A stretch of 64,000 nt of DNA from Patescibacteria group bacterium. Lineage in GTDB: Bacteria > Patescibacteriota > Patescibacteriia > Patescibacteriales > WJLG01. The stretch is taken from NCBI GenBank assembly GCA_028707065.1, contig JAQTUZ010000001.1:98737-162736 (forward strand), in the 5' to 3' direction. Made by a program: the position numbers and the translations under genes. The notes beneath the pieces were generated by a model that saw only the letters and a list, made by a program, of their open reading frames with translations, searched no databases and was not told the DNA's origin. This document shows, piece after piece, positions 1-7,888 of the stretch. Numbering within the stretch: position 1 is the stretch's first letter; the number at the start of each line of letters is the position of its first letter.

Positions 1-59
1 ATTGAGTTAAAATAGCGGCAACCTAACAATGATCTTTAATTTAGCAAAGGAGCTGAGAT

Positions 60-347
60 ATGAGTGTCGGCAATCTTGACGATTTTGTGGCAGCCCTGTC
101 CTCGGGGGACCCGAATGAGCTTTATGAAGCCTGGTTGTTTTTCGAGAGAGTTGAAGCCAAAAGAAAGGAGGAGCCGGACATCGGAAAAAAATTGGCGGAA
201 AAAAGATTGAAGATTTTGACGGCGGCGCGCGCTGTTTGCCCGCCGGATAAAGAAATAGTTTTTTTTGGAAATTGGGGAAAAATCGATAAAATAATCAATC
301 TTTGCCAAAAGGAGATGTCTGATGTGCCTCCACCAGCCCAGGTTTAA
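60..347 (+). CDS. hypothetical small protein (95 aa)
   Basis: ORF with AAGGAG Shine-Dalgarno a few nt upstream of ATG and a hairpin terminator downstream; no family recognised. Confidence 0.5.
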   Translation: MSVGNLDDFVAALSSGDPNELYEAWLFFERVEAKRKEEPDIGKKLAEKRLKILTAARAVCPPDKEIVFFGNWGKIDKIINLCQKEMSDVPPPAQV

Positions 348-356
348 AAGAAAAAA

Positions 357-391
357 GCCGCCATCGGACGAAAAGTTGATGGCGGTTTTAA
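357..391 (+). terminator. stem-loop terminator
   Basis: GCCGCCATC ... GATGGCGGT stem followed by TTTTA. Confidence 0.55.
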
Positions 392-419
392 ATTCGCCGA
401 ATTTTGGTATAATTGACAT

Positions 420-3293
420 ATGGCAAAAGGAAAAGAAAAATTAATAATTATCGACGGGAACGCCTTGATCCATCGCAGTTTTCACGCCCTGCCGCCGACT
501 TTGCGCACCAAAGACGGGGAGCTGGTCAACGCGGTTTACGGTTTTTCGGCCGTTTTGCTCAAGGCCTGGCGCGAATTGAAACCGGATTATATCGCCCTGA
601 CTTTAGATATGAAGGGGCCGACTTTCCGGCACAAGCAATATAAGGAATATAAAGCCACGCGCATCAAGGCGCCGCAAGATTTGTATGATCAAATTCCTCG
701 CGTCAAAGAAGTGGCTACGGCTTTTAATATTCCGATTTTTGAGTTGCAAGGTTTTGAAGCCGATGATCTGATCGGCACGATCGACAAAAAAGTCGATGCG
801 AGCGTGGAAAAAATAATCGTGACCGGTGATCTGGACACTTTGCAATTGATCGACGATGACACCAAAATTTTTACCATGGGCCACGGGCTTTCGGAAAGCG
901 TGGTTTATGATGCGGCTAGAGTTAAGGAGCGCTATGGGCTTACGGTTGACCAGATGATCGATTACAAAGCTTTACGCGGCGATCCTTCGGATAATATTCC
1001 CGGCGTCAAAGGAATTGGCGAGAAAACCGCGACTAAGCTTTTGCAAGAATTTGGGACTCTAGAAAATTTATATAAAAAGCTCCAAATTTCAAATTTCAAA
1101 TTTCAAATTTCGCCGAGAGTTACAGATTTATTAATTAAACACAAGAAGGACGCTTTCTTGTCGAAAGAACTCGCTACGATCAGATTGGACGTGCCGATAA
1201 AATTTGATTTGGAAAAATGCCGGGCTTATGATTTTGACCGGGAAAAAGTGGCGGGAATTTTCAGCGAGCTGGGTTTTAAGTCGCTTTTGCCGCGAGTGCA
1301 GGATTTGGTTTCCGCCCATTTTAAAGTTTCGGATAAATCCGGCTACGCCAAGGCTACGGCGGATAAATTTGAACGCGATCGCACCGAATTTAAATATATT
1401 TTAGTTGATGACGATAAAAAATTCGCTAAATTTTTGGCCGCGTTAAGCAAACAGAAACAATTTACGATTGATACGGAAACGACCGGATTTGACCCGTTAT
1501 TGGAGAATCTGCTTGGCATCAGTTTTTCTTGGCGTGAAAGCGAGGCTTATTTTATTGTCGCAAATAAGTCCCCTCTTGAGAGGGGTGGACGGCCCCTGGC
1601 CGGACAGGGTGTGTTAAAGGTGGTGAGCCAAAGTAGTCTATTTAAGGATGATAAAAAGGAAAGTACGGAGAAAAATAATCATCCGTGGCTGGAAAAATTG
1701 AAATCAATCTTGGAAGATGAGAAAATAAAAAAATGCGGGCATAATATTAAATTCGATCTGCGGGTGCTGCGCCATGCCGGGATTGAGATGAAAGGGATCG
1801 AGTTTGATACGATGGTCGCCTCATATTTATTAAATCCAGGCACTAGAGCGCATAATTTGGACGCGGTGACTTTTGCCGAGCTGGGCTTGGAAAAGATCAG
1901 CACCGAAGATCTGCTCGGATCGGGCAAAGACAAAAAAACTTTTGCCGCGGTCGAAACGGAAAAATTGGCGATTTATTCCTGCGAGGACGCCGATTGCACC
2001 AACCGGCTGGTGGCAAAATTGGCCAAGCATTTGCGCGATAAGGAATTAAGCAAACTTTTCGAGGAGATTGAAATGCCGCTGGTTTCAGTTTTGGCCACCA
2101 TGGAAGATAATGGTGTTATGATCGATAAAGATTTTTTGGCGGCCATGGATAAAAAAATTGCCAAAAAAATATCAACGCTGGAAAAAAAGATCTGGGATTT
2201 GGGCGGCGGCGAGTTTAACATTAATTCCACCCAGCAGTTGAAAGAAGTCTTATTTGAGAAATTAAATATTTCCACCGCCGGGATCGGCCATACCAAGACC
2301 GGTTATTCCACGGCCGCCGATGAATTGGAAAAATTAAAGCACGAGCACGAAATAATTCCGCTGATCCAGGAATATCGCGAACTGGCCAAATTGCAATCTA
2401 CTTATATTTTAGCTTTGCCGACTTTGATCAATCCCGTAACCGGCCGCGTCCATACCAGCTTCAATCAAACCGTCACCGCCACCGGCAGGCTTTCTTCGTC
2501 TGATCCGAATTTGCAGAATATCCCGATCCGCACCGAGCTGGGCCAGGAAATCCGCCATGCTTTTATCGCCCAGCCGGGCTGGAAAATAGTTTCGCTCGAC
2601 TATTCCCAGATTGAATTGCGCCTGGCCGCTCATTTATCCGGCGACCAAAGAATGATCGATACTTTTGAGCGCAGTTTGGATATTCATACTTCCACGGCCG
2701 CTGCGATCAATAATGTAAAGATTGAAGACGTTACCAAAAAAATGCGCCAGGAAGCCAAGGCAATCAATTTTGGAATTTTATACGGCCAGGGCGCGTATGG
2801 CTTATCGCAAAATACCGATATGCCGCTAAATCGCGCCAAGGAATTTATTGAGCATTATTTTGATCTCTATAAAAATATTAAAACTTATACCGAAGATATG
2901 GTAGAGTTTGCCCGTAAGAACGGCTACGTGGAAACATTATTCGGCCGTCGCCGCTATCTGCCCGAAATCACTTCGCAAGTGGCGCCGGTTCGCGCCGCGG
3001 CCGAGCGCATGGCCGTCAACACGCCCCTGCAAGGCACGAATGCCGATATGATCAAAAAAGCAATGATCTCGGCGCAAAATTTAATTGATGAAAAATATTC
3101 TGATAGTGTGAAGATGATCATTCAAGTCCATGACGAATTGGTTTTTGAGATGCGTGAAGACAAAATGAAAGAAGCCGCCGGCCGGATTCAGGACATCATG
3201 CGCGACATTCTGAAATTAAAAGTCCCGGTAGTGGTGGATATTGAGATCGGGGAGAGTTGGGGAGAGATGAATCGGCTCGAAAACAAAAAGTAA
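420..3293 (+). CDS. polA: DNA polymerase I (5' nuclease, 3'-5' exonuclease-like, polymerase domains)
   Basis: 957 aa; N-terminal LIIIDGNALIHRSFHAL 5' nuclease, FTIDTETTG exo motif, polymerase motifs DYSQIELR, KAINFGILYG, QVHDELVFE. Confidence 0.95.
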   Translation: MAKGKEKLIIIDGNALIHRSFHALPPTLRTKDGELVNAVYGFSAVLLKAWRELKPDYIALTLDMKGPTFRHKQYKEYKATRIKAPQDLYDQIPRVKEVATAFNIPIFELQGFEADDLIGTIDKKVDASVEKIIVTGDLDTLQLIDDDTKIFTMGHGLSESVVYDAARVKERYGLTVDQMIDYKALRGDPSDNIPGVKGIGEKTATKLLQEFGTLENLYKKLQISNFKFQISPRVTDLLIKHKKDAFLSKELATIRLDVPIKFDLEKCRAYDFDREKVAGIFSELGFKSLLPRVQDLVSAHFKVSDKSGYAKATADKFERDRTEFKYILVDDDKKFAKFLAALSKQKQFTIDTETTGFDPLLENLLGISFSWRESEAYFIVANKSPLERGGRPLAGQGVLKVVSQSSLFKDDKKESTEKNNHPWLEKLKSILEDEKIKKCGHNIKFDLRVLRHAGIEMKGIEFDTMVASYLLNPGTRAHNLDAVTFAELGLEKISTEDLLGSGKDKKTFAAVETEKLAIYSCEDADCTNRLVAKLAKHLRDKELSKLFEEIEMPLVSVLATMEDNGVMIDKDFLAAMDKKIAKKISTLEKKIWDLGGGEFNINSTQQLKEVLFEKLNISTAGIGHTKTGYSTAADELEKLKHEHEIIPLIQEYRELAKLQSTYILALPTLINPVTGRVHTSFNQTVTATGRLSSSDPNLQNIPIRTELGQEIRHAFIAQPGWKIVSLDYSQIELRLAAHLSGDQRMIDTFERSLDIHTSTAAAINNVKIEDVTKKMRQEAKAINFGILYGQGAYGLSQNTDMPLNRAKEFIEHYFDLYKNIKTYTEDMVEFARKNGYVETLFGRRRYLPEITSQVAPVRAAAERMAVNTPLQGTNADMIKKAMISAQNLIDEKYSDSVKMIIQVHDELVFEMREDKMKEAAGRIQDIMRDILKLKVPVVVDIEIGESWGEMNRLENKK
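1083..1110 (+). repeat. (CAAATTT)x4 heptamer tract inside polA
   Basis: Four perfect tandem heptamers read in frame as QISNFKFQIS. Confidence 0.85.
1331..1368 (+). repeat. 22-nt GC-rich insert flanked by 8-nt direct repeat GGATAAAT inside polA
   Basis: GGATAAAT-CCGGCTACGCCAAGGCTACGGC-GGATAAAT; 30 nt extra in total, giving DK-SGYAKATA-DK in frame. Confidence 0.6.
1569..1618 (+). repeat. family A GC-rich hairpin element, in frame in polA
   Basis: TCCCCTCTTGAGAGGGGTG + GGCCCCTGGCC hairpin + GGGTGTGTTAAA; peptide SPLERGGRPLAGQGVLK. Confidence 0.8.
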
Positions 3294-3373
3294 TAAGTAA
3301 AAAGTAAAAAAAGTAAGAAGTCAGGAGATAGAAGCTAGAAATTTTTAAAGTTATAAAGTTGAAAGTGGAAAAT

Positions 3374-3440
3374 TCCCCTCTTGGGAGGGGTGCCGAGCCC
3401 GCTTGTCCGCCTCGGGCGCGGGCGAGGCGGGGTGGGTTTA
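3374..3440 (+). repeat. family A GC-rich hairpin element, intergenic
   Basis: TCCCCTCTTGGGAGGGGTG + CCGCCTCG...CGAGGCGG hairpin + GGGTGGGTTTA downstream of polA. Confidence 0.75.
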
Positions 3441-3533
3441 TTCCCGACATTATTATTGTTAAATTGCTAAATTGTTTTTTTAAAATAAAAAAGTCCTTGG
3501 AAAAAATTCCCAAGAGCTTTTATTTCGACGCGG

Positions 3534-3935
3534 TTAAACTTTACAAAATTTATGACAGATGACGGTAAAAATTATCAATGAAAGCAGTGAAAGAACGATG
3601 CCTGGCCAGGGCTTGAAGAATGAAAAAAACATCATTAGCACTATTGAACTGGAAGCCATTAGCAGCTCCATGACAAATAGCAATAACGCGAACATTAAGA
3701 TTGCTCCGCCTATCACTGCTTCTTGCCATGAATTAACGTATATTATTAGTTTAGGTAGAATTGCGCAAGCCGCAAGCAGCATTAACGTTATTATCACCAC
3801 GACAGGGGCGGAATTGACAGGAATTAGGATAATAGAGTTTGAAAAACGATCAAAAACATGAAAATAATCGACTGCTTGAGCAAGACCAAAAAAAATCGCC
3901 ACGGTCGTTAATGCCAGAATGACCACTTGTTTCAT
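3534..3935 (-). CDS. small integral membrane protein (about 4 TM segments)
   Basis: 133 aa, strongly hydrophobic segments; the opposite-strand ORF 3559-3861 looks like a shadow. Confidence 0.55.
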   Translation of the reverse strand: MKQVVILALTTVAIFFGLAQAVDYFHVFDRFSNSIILIPVNSAPVVVIITLMLLAACAILPKLIIYVNSWQEAVIGGAILMFALLLFVMELLMASSSIVLMMFFSFFKPWPGIVLSLLSLIIFTVICHKFCKV

Positions 3936-4024
3936 TATAAACCTCCAGGTTTAAATTTATTTCCGTTATTTTGTTTTAGAGAGCAACGTTAAAGATTAGC
4001 ATTTTTTATATTTTTTGTCAATAA

Positions 4025-5659
4025 TTGTCAATGAAAATCGTTAAAAATATCTTAAAATCGTTGAATAACAGGAAAATCGCCATGCTCGGGCTGGGGGTGG
4101 AAAATTTGGCGTTGGTGAAATATTTGTTACGCCGCAGTCCCGCGGCGGAGACTGCGGCGGGGCAAGGTTTGCACATTACCGTTTGTGATCCAAAGTCGGC
4201 GGCGGAATTGGGCGACAGATATTTGGAAATCAAGCAGCTGGCGAAGAAGAATAAATTGCCGGAAATAATTCTGATGACCGGCAAGAATTATGACGCGCAT
4301 CTGGCGGATTTTGACATTATTTTCCGTTCGCCCGGCTATCCGCTGTTCAATCCGAATTTGCTCAAAGCGAAAAAGGCCGGCGTGATAATTTCCAGCCCGA
4401 TGAAATTATTTTTTGAATTGTGTCCGACGAAAAATATCATCGGCGTCACCGGCTCGAAAGGTAAAGGCACGACTTCGTCGCTGATTTATGAAATTTTAAA
4501 AAAAGCCACAACCACCCCCGGAACCACCCCCAAACCCCTCCTTCGAAAGGAGGGGAGAGTTTGGCTGGGTGGAAATATCGGCAATGCGCCGTTTGAATTT
4601 ATCGAGAAAATAAAGCCGAAGGATTTCGTGGTTTTGGAATTATCCAGTTTTCAATTGGAAGATTTGGATGTGAGTCCGCATATTGCCGTGGTCACGAATT
4701 TATTCAAAGAACATTTGGCTCCGGCCGATCCGAACAATCCGAATTATCATCGGTCAATGAAAGATTATTGGGCGGCGAAAGCGAATATTTTCTCGCACCA
4801 GCAAAAAAATGATTATTTGGTTATAAATGAAAAATTGAAAAACAAAATTCCCCTCTCGAGAGGGGTGGCCGCGCCGCGCGGACGGGGTGTGTTAAATGGC
4901 GGCACAAAAGTAATCTTTTGTTCTAGCTCTGCTTTGCCAAGTAATTTGATTGGGGCGCATAACAAAGAAAACTTGGCGGCGGCCGAGGCGGTGGCGAAAA
5001 TTTTGAAGATCAAGCCGGAAATCGTGGCGCGGGCGGTGAAAAATTTCCAGGGCTTGCCGCATCGGCTCGAATTTGTGGCTGAAATTAACGGCGTCAGATA
5101 TTTTGATGATAGCTTTGCGACCGTGCCCGATGTTTCGGTAATCGCGCTTAAAGCGGTCGGCGGAAAGTCCCCTCTCGAGAGGCCCACCTACGCTAAAGCT
5201 CCGGTAGGGCAAGGGTGGCCAACCTTAAAAGAGATAGCTTGTCCAACGAAGCTCCGCCGCGGAGCGAAGTTGGAGGGTGTGTTAAAGTTGGGTGGTAGTA
5301 AAAGCGAGATTGCTTCGCGAGGCGCTCGCAATGACAAAAATATAATATTGTTGGCCGGCGGCGCGGACAAAGGTTCGGATTTTAAAAAATTCGCCCAAGA
5401 AATAACCAAGCGCGTAAAATATTTAATTTTATTCAAAGGCAAAGGGACGGATAGATTGAAGAAAGAATTACAAATTACAAATTACAAATTTCCGATCATT
5501 GCAGTTGACACTATGAAAAAAGCTGTGGAAATTGCCAGACGAGAGGCGGAGTTGGGCGACGTTATCCTGCTTTCCACCGGTTGCGCCAGCTTCGGCTGTT
5601 TTAAAAATTATAAAGAACGAGGTGACTTTTTCAAGGAGGAGACGCTAAAAAACAAATAA
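4025..5659 (+). CDS. murD: UDP-N-acetylmuramoylalanine--D-glutamate ligase with several repeat-derived insertions
   Basis: 544 aa; Mur ligase P-loop GVTGSKGKGTT, GGNIGNAPFEF, HRLEFV, LLAGGADKGSDF; extra segments match dispersed repeats. Confidence 0.9.
   Translation: MSMKIVKNILKSLNNRKIAMLGLGVENLALVKYLLRRSPAAETAAGQGLHITVCDPKSAAELGDRYLEIKQLAKKNKLPEIILMTGKNYDAHLADFDIIFRSPGYPLFNPNLLKAKKAGVIISSPMKLFFELCPTKNIIGVTGSKGKGTTSSLIYEILKKATTTPGTTPKPLLRKEGRVWLGGNIGNAPFEFIEKIKPKDFVVLELSSFQLEDLDVSPHIAVVTNLFKEHLAPADPNNPNYHRSMKDYWAAKANIFSHQQKNDYLVINEKLKNKIPLSRGVAAPRGRGVLNGGTKVIFCSSSALPSNLIGAHNKENLAAAEAVAKILKIKPEIVARAVKNFQGLPHRLEFVAEINGVRYFDDSFATVPDVSVIALKAVGGKSPLERPTYAKAPVGQGWPTLKEIACPTKLRRGAKLEGVLKLGGSKSEIASRGARNDKNIILLAGGADKGSDFKKFAQEITKRVKYLILFKGKGTDRLKKELQITNYKFPIIAVDTMKKAVEIARREAELGDVILLSTGCASFGCFKNYKERGDFFKEETLKNK
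4511..4555 (+). repeat. family B element (with a 9-nt partial duplication), in frame in murD
   Basis: ACCACCCCCgga-ACCACCCCCAAACCCCTCCTTCGAAAGGAGGGG; peptide TTPGTTPKPLLRKEG right after the P-loop. Confidence 0.85.
4849..4896 (+). repeat. family A element, in frame in murD
   Basis: TCCCCTCTCGAGAGGGGTG-GCCGCGCCGCGCGGAC-GGGGTGTGTTAAA; peptide IPLSRGVAAPRGRGVLN. Confidence 0.85.
5168..5285 (+). repeat. long-A element (about 118 nt), in frame in murD
   Basis: Collinear with the intergenic copy at 60891-61008, about 85 percent identical by eye; shared GCTCCGCCGCGGAGC hairpin. Confidence 0.85.
5307..5339 (-). repeat. family C hairpin (ATTGC/GCAAT variant), in frame in murD
   Basis: Reverse complement reads TTTTGTCATTGCGAGCGCCTCGCGAAGCAATCT, collinear with TTTTGTCATCCTGAGCGCCGCGCGAAGGATCT at 10466. 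Confidence 0.75.
5467..5491 (+). repeat. (ATTACAA)x3 heptamer tract inside murD
   Basis: Tandem heptamers read in frame as LQITNYKF. Confidence 0.8.
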
Positions 5660-5682
5660 GTTGGCGATTAAGTATTAAAAAA

Positions 5683-5711
5683 CGCCCGGCCGTTTGCGCG
5701 GCGGGCGATTT
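5683..5711. terminator. bidirectional GC hairpin between convergent genes
   Basis: CGCCCG...CGGGCG stem; A-run on the + side gives a T-run for the minus-strand gene. Confidence 0.55.
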
Positions 5712-5726
5712 GTTAAAGAGATTTTT

Positions 5727-6140
5727 TTAAATTTCAGATGAATCGCCGTAATACTTTTCCCGTTTAAAATAAAAAATTGCGTAAATGCCCGATAAAAGCA
5801 AGGGAACAATAAAGGCAATAAGCCAGCACCCCAAAATTTTTATAGGCATAGCTAATTTTATTGTTTCGTGAGGGAGAAAAAGTACGAGACCGATGACGAA
5901 GAAGGTTGGATATATTAGCAATGGACCTAAGGGATGGGTAAGGGTGGGGTAAGTATTTGCTAAACCAATCAATGAAATAATTCCTCCAATAACACCGCTT
6001 ATTGTCATTGCTAAAATTGTATGTTCCAGCCAAAGGCCTTTTAAAAAATAACCGGTTAAACAGCCGTAGAATAAGAGGCCAAAGGTTATAAGTACGAAGA
6101 AGAACCATTCTATGCCATAAAAGCTATTAAATTTTTTCAT
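5727..6140 (-). CDS. integral membrane protein
   Basis: 137 aa, 4 hydrophobic helices; GGAGG a few nt upstream of the ATG. Confidence 0.6.
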   Translation of the reverse strand: MKKFNSFYGIEWFFFVLITFGLLFYGCLTGYFLKGLWLEHTILAMTISGVIGGIISLIGLANTYPTLTHPLGPLLIYPTFFVIGLVLFLPHETIKLAMPIKILGCWLIAFIVPLLLSGIYAIFYFKREKYYGDSSEI

Positions 6141-6246
6141 AAATCCTCCTCTGCCGAATATTGATAAAATGGAAAAGAACCAGTTGTTTAGATAATGTTA
6201 GAATAAAAAGTTTTTTTAGTCAACTGCCAAAAATTTTCAGAAATGC

Positions 6247-6252
6247 TATAAT
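6247..6252 (+). promoter_or_regulatory. extended -10 box (TGCTATAAT) 6 nt upstream of the ATG; possible leaderless mRNA
   Basis: AAATGCTATAAT also occurs at 11520-11531; no Shine-Dalgarno fits between the box and ATG 6259. Confidence 0.45.
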
Positions 6253-6258
6253 GAAAAT

Positions 6259-7503
6259 ATGCTGGAAAATGAAAATCAGGAACAAAATAACTTAAATTTC
6301 CCCGAGGGGTTTCTTTGGGGAGTTTCGACTTCGGCTTATCAAATCGAAGGCGGGATCACTAATGATTGGAGCCAATGGGAAATGTCGGAAAAACGGCTGA
6401 AAGCTTTGCGCGATAAAAAATTGAATTACCGCGATTTTGTCGCCGGTCAGGCTTGCGATTCTTATCATCGTTACGAAGAGGATGCGGAGATGGTGAAAGC
6501 TTTGAATTGCGGCGCCTATCGCTTGAGTTTGGAATGGTCGCGGATTGAACCGAGAGAAGGCGAGTTCGATCGCGAGCAGATCGAACATTATCGGCAAGTG
6601 CTGATGGCTTTCAAAGAAAAAAATATCAAAATAGTTCTGACGCTCTGGCATTGGACCAATCCGCTTTGGCTCGTCAACGAGGGCGGTTGGAGCAATAAAA
6701 AAGCCGTGGTTTATTTCGCCCGCTATGCGGAATTCGTGGCGGCCGAATTAGGCGACTTGGTCGATTTCTGGGTGACGGTCAACGAGCCGACTATCCATGT
6801 TCATAAAGGATATTTCATCGGTCAGTTTCCGCCGAACAAAAAGAATTATTTTTTAGGAGCGAAAGCTTTTCTAAATCTGGCGGCGGCGCACAAAAAAGCG
6901 TATGAAATCATCCATCGAACAAACTTGCGCGCTAACGTCGGTTTTACCCATTTAGGCGATAATTTTTATCCGGCGCGCAGCTGGTTTTTGCCGGAAATTA
7001 TTTTGGCCTGGTTTTTGAATCTGGTCTGCAATAATCTGTTCATCAGCTTGGTCAAAAAAGAATGCGATTTTATCGGCCTGGATTATTATTTTTCCAACCG
7101 GATCGTCTGGCATCCGCCCTTCCTTAAAAATTTAAACAAAGAAATGAATGATTTCGGCTGGGAAATTTTTCCCCAGGGTATTTATGAAATATTGAAAAAA
7201 CTGCGCCGCTTTAAAAAGCCGATTTATATTATGGAGAACGGCATCGCCGACGCGGCTGATGCCAAGCGGGAAAAATTCATCGTCGACCATTTGTTTTATG
7301 TCCATAAAGCTATTGCCGAAGGCGAAGATATCCGCGGGTATTTTCATTGGTCGCTTTTGGATAATTTCGAATGGGCGGCCGGCTATACCATGAAATTCGG
7401 CCTTTATTCCGTCGACCGTCAGACTTTCCAGCGCACCCCCCGGCCCAGCGCGGCGGTCTATGCGGAAATCTGCCGGACGAATCAGATAACAGTTAAGAGA
7501 TGA
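6259..7503 (+). CDS. glycoside hydrolase family 1 beta-glucosidase
   Basis: 414 aa; GH1 signatures FLWGVSTSAYQIEG, acid/base TVNEP, nucleophile YIMENG, WSLLDNFEW. Confidence 0.9.
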   Translation: MLENENQEQNNLNFPEGFLWGVSTSAYQIEGGITNDWSQWEMSEKRLKALRDKKLNYRDFVAGQACDSYHRYEEDAEMVKALNCGAYRLSLEWSRIEPREGEFDREQIEHYRQVLMAFKEKNIKIVLTLWHWTNPLWLVNEGGWSNKKAVVYFARYAEFVAAELGDLVDFWVTVNEPTIHVHKGYFIGQFPPNKKNYFLGAKAFLNLAAAHKKAYEIIHRTNLRANVGFTHLGDNFYPARSWFLPEIILAWFLNLVCNNLFISLVKKECDFIGLDYYFSNRIVWHPPFLKNLNKEMNDFGWEIFPQGIYEILKKLRRFKKPIYIMENGIADAADAKREKFIVDHLFYVHKAIAEGEDIRGYFHWSLLDNFEWAAGYTMKFGLYSVDRQTFQRTPRPSAAVYAEICRTNQITVKR

Positions 7504-7519
7504 GAGTGAAGAGATTTTT

Positions 7520-7849
7520 ATGAAAACTTATAATAAATTAGTTAGAGACAGAATCCCCGAAATTATCAAGGCTGATGGCGAGAATCCTAAGACTAGGATT
7601 TTAGACGATACTGAATACAAGAAAGAACTCTTGAAAAAAGCGGTCGAGGAAGCCAACGAACTTTTGGCCGCCGGTGAAGATAAGAAAGAATTAATTAAAG
7701 AAATCGGCGATATTGAGGAAGTTTTAGAATATATAATAAAAAGTTTTAATCTTGATGGGGGTGAAATAGAAAAACTTAAATCAATGAGGAAAGAAAAACG
7801 AGGAGGTTTTGATAAAAGAATTTTTCTTGAATGCACGGAAAAGGTATGA
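7520..7849 (+). CDS. MazG-like nucleoside triphosphate pyrophosphohydrolase (house-cleaning type)
   Basis: 109 aa; N-terminal YNKLVRDRIPEII and acidic helices (EEANE, EIGDIEEVLE) typical of this family. Confidence 0.65.
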   Translation: MKTYNKLVRDRIPEIIKADGENPKTRILDDTEYKKELLKKAVEEANELLAAGEDKKELIKEIGDIEEVLEYIIKSFNLDGGEIEKLKSMRKEKRGGFDKRIFLECTEKV

Positions 7850-7888
7850 GAATTTATAATTTATAATTTTTAATTTGTAATTGAAAAA

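Noticed and set aside
36-419. 127-aa minus-strand ORF at the window start
   Set aside because: It overlaps the plus-strand 60-347 ORF, which has a good Shine-Dalgarno and a terminator. The minus-strand ORF would also run across that terminator hairpin and into the polA start region. The choice is not certain.
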